NCBI GenBank assembly: GCA_021813945.1
Contig: JAKAJD010000001.1
Span: 73,744 to 137,743, forward strand
Source: a bacterium
GTDB taxonomy: Bacteria > Patescibacteriota > Microgenomatia > Curtissbacterales > GWA2-41-24
Length of the DNA stretch: 64,000 nt
Direction of reading: 5' to 3'
Below the pieces are notes generated by a model, which saw only the letters and a program-made list of their open reading frames with translations, was not told the origin of the DNA and made no database searches. This document shows positions 58,093 through 64,000 of the stretch, one piece after another (within the stretch, counting starts at the first letter, position 1; each line of letters begins with the position of its first letter). The position numbers were made by a program, and so were the translations under genes.

Positions 58093-59528
58093 AGAAGTTT
58101 GAAATTATCCTTTTGATTTTTATTTTATCGATTGCTTTTGCAGTCAGGTTATATAAAATTAACCGGCCAATTGCCGATTGGCATTCTTGGCGTCAGGCAG
58201 ACACCGCTGCTGTTTCCCGCAACTTCATAAAGGAGGGCTTCAACCCTTTGATCCCAACATATGATGACATGTCCTCTCAAACAAATGGTCTCGATAATCC
58301 CAACCGCTATCGCTTTGTGGAATTCCCAATCTATAACATTTTGATTGCTGCGGTCTGGTCGGTGACAGGGATAAACGTAACCTACGCCAGGCTAGTAACA
58401 GTAGTAATCACGCTTTTGTCTACTGGCCTTCTCTATCTTTTAGTTCGAAAATTCTCAGGAGTTATGGTTGCTGCGCTCTCTTCTTTTTTCTTTGCCACAA
58501 TTCCCTATAACGTTTTCTACTCATCCACAATTCTTCCTGCACCTCTTATGGTTATGTCAGTTTTGGCTTTGTATCTTTCATTTTCTAACTGGCTGGAAAA
58601 CGAAAAAAGCTTTCTCTGGGCAGCACTTTCCGTAATCTTCGCCAACGTCGCAATTTTGGTTTGGCCGATTGCCCTTTTTTTCATGTTGCCTATTATCTAC
58701 TTAACTTTTCAGAAGCATGAATTTGGAGCTATCAAAAAGCTTAATCTCTGGCTTTTTGCAATTTTGTCTTTGCTGCCATTTCTTTTCTGGAGAGCCTGGA
58801 TGACCAAATTCCCTGCCGGTATTCCAAGCTGGCAATTTTTAATAAATGAAGGCAACATCCGTTTTAAAGGCGCATTTTTTAGATGGTTAATTGCCGAAAG
58901 GTTTGGAAATTTAATCTTAACCGTTGGAGGCTTCTCTCTCTTTATTTTGGGTTTAGTTAGAAAACCAGAGACCAAAGAAAAGTTTTTTTACTACAGTTGG
59001 CTAGCCTCTGTCGCTTTTTATTTCACCGTTTTCGCGTCCGGAAATGTCAGGCACGACTATTATCAAATTCCTACTGTTCCAATTCTTGCAATTTTTATGG
59101 CTCTTGGCGTCAAGTTTTTGGTGGAAAAACCGAAAGAGTATTTCAACAAATACGTTGGAATCTTAGCCGCTGTAGTTTTGGTGCTTTTTATGTATGCATT
59201 CGGCTTTTACGAGGTACAAGGTCATTATTGGATCAACCGCCCTCAAATAATAGAAGCCGGTCAGGCTGCCGATCGTATTTTGCCCAAAAATGCGACCGTG
59301 ATTGCTCCCTATAACGGCGATACCGCCTTTCTTTATCAAACGAACCGCCACGGTTACCCGGTCGTAGACAGATCACTTTCAGATTTTGTGAAAAATGGAA
59401 CAGATTACCTAGTGTCCGTTGATGTTGCAGACGCCGGAATTGCCAACCTTGCCAAAAACTGCCGAACTCTAGAAAAAACTTCAGACTATGTAATCATTCA
59501 GTTAAGCCTTGATTGTGTTGGTAAGTAG
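58089..59528 (+). CDS. GT-C membrane glycosyltransferase, ArnT/PMT_2-like
   Basis: HSWRQADTAAVSRNF after the first helix. About 11 TM helices plus a soluble C-terminal ~110 aa. GTGA-coupled start. Confidence 0.5.
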   Translation: MKKFEIILLIFILSIAFAVRLYKINRPIADWHSWRQADTAAVSRNFIKEGFNPLIPTYDDMSSQTNGLDNPNRYRFVEFPIYNILIAAVWSVTGINVTYARLVTVVITLLSTGLLYLLVRKFSGVMVAALSSFFFATIPYNVFYSSTILPAPLMVMSVLALYLSFSNWLENEKSFLWAALSVIFANVAILVWPIALFFMLPIIYLTFQKHEFGAIKKLNLWLFAILSLLPFLFWRAWMTKFPAGIPSWQFLINEGNIRFKGAFFRWLIAERFGNLILTVGGFSLFILGLVRKPETKEKFFYYSWLASVAFYFTVFASGNVRHDYYQIPTVPILAIFMALGVKFLVEKPKEYFNKYVGILAAVVLVLFMYAFGFYEVQGHYWINRPQIIEAGQAADRILPKNATVIAPYNGDTAFLYQTNRHGYPVVDRSLSDFVKNGTDYLVSVDVADAGIANLAKNCRTLEKTSDYVIIQLSLDCVGK

Positions 59529-59530
59529 AA

Positions 59531-60724
59531 ATGAAAGTTTTAATGATTACACCATACTTGCCATACCCCCTGGTTTCCGGCGGTCAAATTAGAACCTACA
59601 ACCTTCTCAAAAACCTTTCTCAAAAACACGAAATAACACTTGCTTCCTTTATCCGCGACCCGCAAGAAGAAAATTACCTCAAGGAGCTAAAACCTTATTG
59701 CAAAAAGGTAATCCTTTTCAAAAGAAGAAAAGCTTGGTCGCCCTTAAATATCATGCTTTCAGCGGTAACTCCTTATCCTTTTTTAGTCAGTATTTATTAC
59801 GGAATCTCCGTCAAGAACCAAATCCAAAAGGAGCTGGAAACACAAAACTATGATCTCATCCACGCCGAAACTTTCTATGTCATGCCAAATATTCCCAAAA
59901 CTAAAGTACCCATTCTTCTTGTGGAACAAGTAATCGAGTATCTTGTTTATCAAAGGTTTGTCGAAAGCCTTCCAAAATATGCTGCCCCCCTAAAACTGCC
60001 GCTTATGTTTGATGTCGCCAAAATAAAAATCTGGGAAAGAACCTATTGGAAAAAAGCCAAACGCCTTGCGGCAATGTCCGAAGAGGACAAGAAATTTATT
60101 CTCAATTTCGACAAAAGCCTAGAAGTAGATGTTGTTGCAAACGGTGTTGACGTCGATTTCTTCACGAAAACCAAAAAAGAAAAAACAAAATACCCAACCG
60201 TTCTTTTTGTGGGTAATTTTAAGTGGCTTCCAAACAGGGATGCTACAAAGTTTTTGGTAGAAGAAATTTGGCCCAAAATTTTAGAAAAAATGCCAGATGC
60301 CCGGCTTTGGATAGTGGGCCGCAATCCACCAAAAGATATCCTTGCCTACTCAAATGAAAATATCAACGTGGATCAAAATGTAGAAGATATAAGAGCAGCT
60401 TACGGAGCCAGTGATGTTCTTTTGGCACCGATTCGAAACGGCCGGGGGACAAAATACAAAATTTTGGAGGCTATGGCAACCAAAACCCCAATTGTTGGAA
60501 CTCGCCTAGCTATAGAAGGCATCAATGTCGAAAATGGCAGGGAAGCTTACGTTGCGTCAAGTGCTGAAGATTTAGCGCAAAAAACGGTGGAGGTTTTGAA
60601 AAATCCTCAAATTGGCAAAAAGCTGGCAGAAAATGCCTATAGCCTCGTTGCCAAAGACTACAACTGGCCAAAGATTTCGGCAAAACTCGATGAGGTATAT
60701 AGAAAAGTTGGTCAAAACCTATGA
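59531..60724 (+). CDS. GT-B fold glycosyltransferase (GT4-like)
   Basis: C-terminal GTKYKILEAMATKTPIVGT. VLFVGNFKWLPNRDA. Confidence 0.7.
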   Translation: MKVLMITPYLPYPLVSGGQIRTYNLLKNLSQKHEITLASFIRDPQEENYLKELKPYCKKVILFKRRKAWSPLNIMLSAVTPYPFLVSIYYGISVKNQIQKELETQNYDLIHAETFYVMPNIPKTKVPILLVEQVIEYLVYQRFVESLPKYAAPLKLPLMFDVAKIKIWERTYWKKAKRLAAMSEEDKKFILNFDKSLEVDVVANGVDVDFFTKTKKEKTKYPTVLFVGNFKWLPNRDATKFLVEEIWPKILEKMPDARLWIVGRNPPKDILAYSNENINVDQNVEDIRAAYGASDVLLAPIRNGRGTKYKILEAMATKTPIVGTRLAIEGINVENGREAYVASSAEDLAQKTVEVLKNPQIGKKLAENAYSLVAKDYNWPKISAKLDEVYRKVGQNL

Positions 60725-61611
60725 AACTCTCAATCGTTATAGTTTCGTATAACACAAAGGAATTGCTGGAAGACTGTCTAAAGTCCATCCAGAATGCAAT
60801 TGGTAAAATCGAAACCGAAACATTTGTGGTTGACAACAACTCTGAAGATGGAACCCAAAAAGAAGTTAAGAAAAACTTTCCATGGGTAAAGTTAATTGCC
60901 AACAACCAAAATCTCGGTTTTTCCAAAGCCAATAACGTCGCTCTAAAAATTGTAAAAGGAGAATATGTCCTAATCCTTAACCCGGATACCGTACTTCAAA
61001 AAGATACGCTATCAAAAATGGCTGATTTCATGGATCAAAATCCGGATATTTCTATGGCAACCTGCAAAGTTGAACTTAAAAGCGGAAAACTGGATTTGGA
61101 CGCCCGGCGCCGCTTTCCAACACCCTGGCGCTCATTTTGCCACTTTTCCCACATTTCAAAGATTTTCAAAAATGTGAATTTTTTTAGCGAATATTACATG
61201 GACGATATCCCCGAAGATCAACAGCATGAGGTTGACGCTTGCGCCGGGGCCTTTATGTTTATCCGATCAAAAGATCTAAAAAAAGTTGGCTTTTTCGATG
61301 AGGATTTTTTCTTTTACGGTGAAGATTTAGATCTTTGTTACAGGTTTAGGCAGCAAGGTTTAAAAATTATCTATACGCCAATTACTAAAATCATCCACTA
61401 CAAAGGGGCATCGTCCGGCATCAAAAAACATTCAAAACACCTCTCTAAAATTAGTAAAGACTCAAAGGCAAAAGCAATAAAGGAATCTACCCGCGCCATG
61501 GAGCTTTTTTATAACAAACATTACAAATCAAAATACCCATTTTTTGTCACTCGTCCCGTGCTTTTAGCAATAGACACACTCACTCTAATTCGCCTTATGA
61601 GGTTAAAATGA
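60721..61611 (+). CDS. GT2 glycosyltransferase (WbbL/RfbF-like)
   Basis: SIVIVSYNT ... VVDNNSEDGT ... NPDT motifs. ATGA overlap. Confidence 0.8.
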   Translation: MKLSIVIVSYNTKELLEDCLKSIQNAIGKIETETFVVDNNSEDGTQKEVKKNFPWVKLIANNQNLGFSKANNVALKIVKGEYVLILNPDTVLQKDTLSKMADFMDQNPDISMATCKVELKSGKLDLDARRRFPTPWRSFCHFSHISKIFKNVNFFSEYYMDDIPEDQQHEVDACAGAFMFIRSKDLKKVGFFDEDFFFYGEDLDLCYRFRQQGLKIIYTPITKIIHYKGASSGIKKHSKHLSKISKDSKAKAIKESTRAMELFYNKHYKSKYPFFVTRPVLLAIDTLTLIRLMRLK

Positions 61612-62732
61612 AAATCGGTATAGATGCTCGTTTTGTTGGCCCTGAAGGAACAGGCCTTGGCAAATACACCGAAAAGCTTATCGAAAATCTTCAAAAAATC
61701 GACTCCGTTAATGAATATGTCATTTTTCTTAGGCAATCAAACTGGTCTTATCTAAATTTAAAAAATAAAAACTTCCAAAAAAAATTAGCAGATGTACCGT
61801 GGTACTCGGCAGAAGAACAGCTTAAAATGCCGGCAATTTACATGTCCCAAAATTTGGATCTTTTGCATGTTCCCCATTTCAATGTGCCGTTTCTATATCG
61901 AAAAAAATTTATTGTTACAATTCACGATTTAATCCACCACCATTTTTCGCAAGAATCTACAACGACAAGAAATCCGCTTATGTTTAAGATCAAAAGATTG
62001 GGGTATAAATCTACGATTGCAAACGCTATCAAAAGATCCCAAAAAATAATTGTCCCCTCAAACTTCGTCAAAAATGAAATCATATCAACTTTTAAGATCG
62101 ACTCCCAAAAAGTTGTTGTCACTTACGAAGCGGCCGAAGAAGAGTACTTTCAAAAGTCAAAAGTCAAAATTCACTTTTCGCAAGAAAACTTGCTCAAAGC
62201 AAGCAAGTCAAAACATGATCAGCTACTTTACGTCGGAAACGCTTATCCGCACAAGAATCTAAATAAGCTGCTGAACGCTATGATGTTTCTTGATCTAAAA
62301 CTTACGATAGTTTCACCACGAAACGTTTTTTCAAAAAGACTTGAGCATGAAGTTAAAAATCGAAGTCTTGATGAAAAGGTGAAAATTACACCTTACCAAG
62401 AACCTTCAGAACTTGTTAAAATCCTAAGATCGAGCGAGGCATATGTTTTCCCCTCCCTTGCCGAAGGGTTTGGCATACCGGGTCTAAACGCTATGGCAGC
62501 AGGTATTCCAGTCGTCGCCGCCAATATCCCAACACTTAAAGAAATCTATGGCGATGCCGCGGTTTATTTCGATCCCCAAGATGCTAATGACATTGCCGAA
62601 AAAATTAAATCAGTTACATTGTCATCTAAAAAAGCAGAGGACTTAATCAAAAAAGGTTTTTACCAAGCCAAAAAATACTCTTGGCTTAAAATGGCCAAAG
62701 AAACACTTGCTGTCTATAACAGTTTAAAATAA
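61608..62732 (+). CDS. GT-B fold glycosyltransferase (GT4 family)
   Basis: AEGFGIPGLNAMAAGIPVVAANIPTLKEIY. N-terminal MKIGIDARF. Confidence 0.8.
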   Translation: MKIGIDARFVGPEGTGLGKYTEKLIENLQKIDSVNEYVIFLRQSNWSYLNLKNKNFQKKLADVPWYSAEEQLKMPAIYMSQNLDLLHVPHFNVPFLYRKKFIVTIHDLIHHHFSQESTTTRNPLMFKIKRLGYKSTIANAIKRSQKIIVPSNFVKNEIISTFKIDSQKVVVTYEAAEEEYFQKSKVKIHFSQENLLKASKSKHDQLLYVGNAYPHKNLNKLLNAMMFLDLKLTIVSPRNVFSKRLEHEVKNRSLDEKVKITPYQEPSELVKILRSSEAYVFPSLAEGFGIPGLNAMAAGIPVVAANIPTLKEIYGDAAVYFDPQDANDIAEKIKSVTLSSKKAEDLIKKGFYQAKKYSWLKMAKETLAVYNSLK

Positions 62733-62741
62733 AATTGCCAA

Positions 62742-63455
62742 ATGCCAAAAGAAATCTTAATTGCCAAAAACATTACAAGGGAAGGTCCTGGTCTTATAGA
62801 AGAGGTGCTTCAGGAAGAAAGTTTACCTTATCGCATAGTTGATTTAAGCCAGGGTCAAGCAATTACTGCGCAAGACTCTTTTGATATCTTAGTTGTTATG
62901 GGAGGGCCAGATAGTGCAAATGACAAAACGCAAAAGATGCAGGCCGAGATCCAATCTGTTGAAGAAGCAATTAAATCCGGGAAACCATTTCTTGGTGTCT
63001 GTTTGGGCCTGCAGGTTATGGTAAAGGCAATGGGTGGGGAAGTAGTAAAAGGCAGCGCTCCAGAAATCGGTTTTCGAAGTCAATCCGGTGGTTTTAACGC
63101 AATAAATCTGACGATAGATGGAAAAAACGACCCTCTTTTCACCGGGCTTGGCTCAACTTTTCGAGTTTTTCACCTCCATGGGGAAACTGTTAATTTAACG
63201 CCCCAAATGAAACTTTTGGGAACCGGACGCGACGTAGACAATCAAATAGTTAGAGTAGGCACCAAAGCTTACGGAATCCAATGCCATTTTGAGCTCACAG
63301 GCGAAATGTTGGAAACTTGGCTTGCGCAGGATGATGATTTAAAAGCACAAGACCAGGGGCAAATAAGGTCCGATTTTGCAGCCAACCGGGCGAAATATAC
63401 CCAAGTCGGAAAAAAACTTGTCAGAAACTTTTTGGAAATTGCCCAAGCAGCTTGA
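62742..63455 (+). CDS. class I (type 1) glutamine amidotransferase-like protein
   Basis: Nucleophile elbow GVCLGLQVM and His/Glu pair IQCHFE of the GATase1 triad. Confidence 0.65.
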   Translation: MPKEILIAKNITREGPGLIEEVLQEESLPYRIVDLSQGQAITAQDSFDILVVMGGPDSANDKTQKMQAEIQSVEEAIKSGKPFLGVCLGLQVMVKAMGGEVVKGSAPEIGFRSQSGGFNAINLTIDGKNDPLFTGLGSTFRVFHLHGETVNLTPQMKLLGTGRDVDNQIVRVGTKAYGIQCHFELTGEMLETWLAQDDDLKAQDQGQIRSDFAANRAKYTQVGKKLVRNFLEIAQAA

Positions 63456-63459
63456 GTCC

Positions 63460-64000
63460 TTAAACGAATCGCTTTATCCACTTGTAAGTTTCCTCAAATA
63501 ATTTTTCCTCAGTTCCATCCTCATCAAAATTGTGTGTCGCGCCTTCAATAGTGGCCTTATCCTTTGGCTCATTCGCGGCATAAAATAATTCATTTCCGTC
63601 CTCGATCATTTCTCCGGCGCCCGCAATGATTATCTTAATTGGTGCTTTAATTTTTGCAATTAATTTCGTCGGAGCTAGTTTTTTATTGTTTTCTTCATAC
63701 ATTTCTTTTCCAATCGTAAAATCCTCAGCCCAGCCCTCTTGAAGTAAATACTTATCAATCGCCTTTACGTATTTTGCCTTAAGATGAACGTCTTTGTCCC
63801 CCGAAGAATCCCAAAGAATAGCAGCATCAAAATCTTGTTTTTGAGATAGTAAAACCGTTACTCCACCAAAACTATGGCCTGCGACAAATATTTTCTTAAC
63901 TCCTTTTTCCCTAAAATAAGAAATCACTGTATCCAAATCTTTACCTAAAAGTGAAAGAGGGGAGTCGTTCAACTTTCTAGCTCCCTCACGCCAGCTGTAT
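63460..64000 (-). CDS. alpha/beta hydrolase (partial; N-terminus beyond window end)
   Basis: Nucleophile elbow VAGHSFGG (GxSxG). The reading frame stays open to position 64000, so the gene is truncated by the window. Confidence 0.55.
   Translation of the reverse strand, partial: YSWREGARKLNDSPLSLLGKDLDTVISYFREKGVKKIFVAGHSFGGVTVLLSQKQDFDAAILWDSSGDKDVHLKAKYVKAIDKYLLQEGWAEDFTIGKEMYEENNKKLAPTKLIAKIKAPIKIIIAGAGEMIEDGNELFYAANEPKDKATIEGATHNFDEDGTEEKLFEETYKWIKRFV

Noticed and set aside
1-64000. CRISPR arrays, tRNA/rRNA genes, transposases/integrases, phage or defence-system genes
   Set aside because: No regularly spaced direct repeats were seen. No cloverleaf-like GC-rich islands occupy the very short intergenic gaps. 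No ORF has nuclease, helicase, recombinase or ATPase hallmarks. The window appears to be a single biosynthetic island rather than a mobile or defence locus.
62742-64000. Glutamine amidotransferase and alpha/beta hydrolase as part of the glycan system
   Set aside because: No obvious link to sugar chemistry. The hydrolase is convergent and partial. More likely they mark the right-hand border of the island.

Overview
This AT-rich 64-kb window (roughly one-third GC by eye) is almost wall-to-wall coding, about 60 genes in long co-directional blocks. Many genes are joined by 4-nt ATGA/GTGA/TAATG overlaps, which suggests polycistronic operons. Essentially every gene belongs to one giant glycan-assembly island: 
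- 11 GT-B fold (GT4-like) glycosyltransferases.
- 9 GT2 enzymes, 5 of which are short DPM1/ArnC/GtrB-like polyprenyl-phosphate sugar synthases.
- About 15 large polytopic membrane proteins, most with GT-C-type hallmarks: an acidic DE/DD motif after the first TM helix as in ArnT/PMT, YPP-motif DUF2029/GT87-like proteins, one PIG-V/GT76-like, one YfhO-like and one O-antigen-ligase-like.
- 3 DegT-family PLP enzymes, one of which carries His in place of the catalytic Lys (ColD/E1-type sugar 3-dehydratase signature).
- 6 extended-SDR nucleotide-sugar enzymes, including a clear UDP-glucuronate decarboxylase (UXS/ArnA-C-like), a UDP-GlcA 4-epimerase-like enzyme and a GDP-fucose-synthase-like enzyme.
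- A stand-alone sugar N-formyltransferase (ArnA-N-like) with an unusual loop insertion.
- 5 SAM methyltransferases, 2 hexapeptide acetyltransferases, 1 GNAT, 2 Wzx-like flippases, an FAD oxidoreductase and a CgeB-like transferase.

The island ends near 62.7 kb with a class-I glutamine amidotransferase and a partial alpha/beta hydrolase. I recognise no rRNA, tRNA, CRISPR array, transposase or integrase. A few sigma70-like promoters sit in the rare intergenic gaps, some only 7-10 nt from the start codon (leaderless-like). 

The gene repertoire (many PMT_2-like, a PIG-V-like, short DPM1-like GT2s, weak or absent SD sequences) resembles uncultivated low-GC bacteria of the CPR/Patescibacteria type. 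That is inference only. 

Several start codons in the ORF track are upstream TTG/GTG extensions. Where an obvious in-frame ATG with a typical N-terminus exists, I give the refined start. All functional calls rest on motifs read by eye from the supplied translations; no database searches were run.
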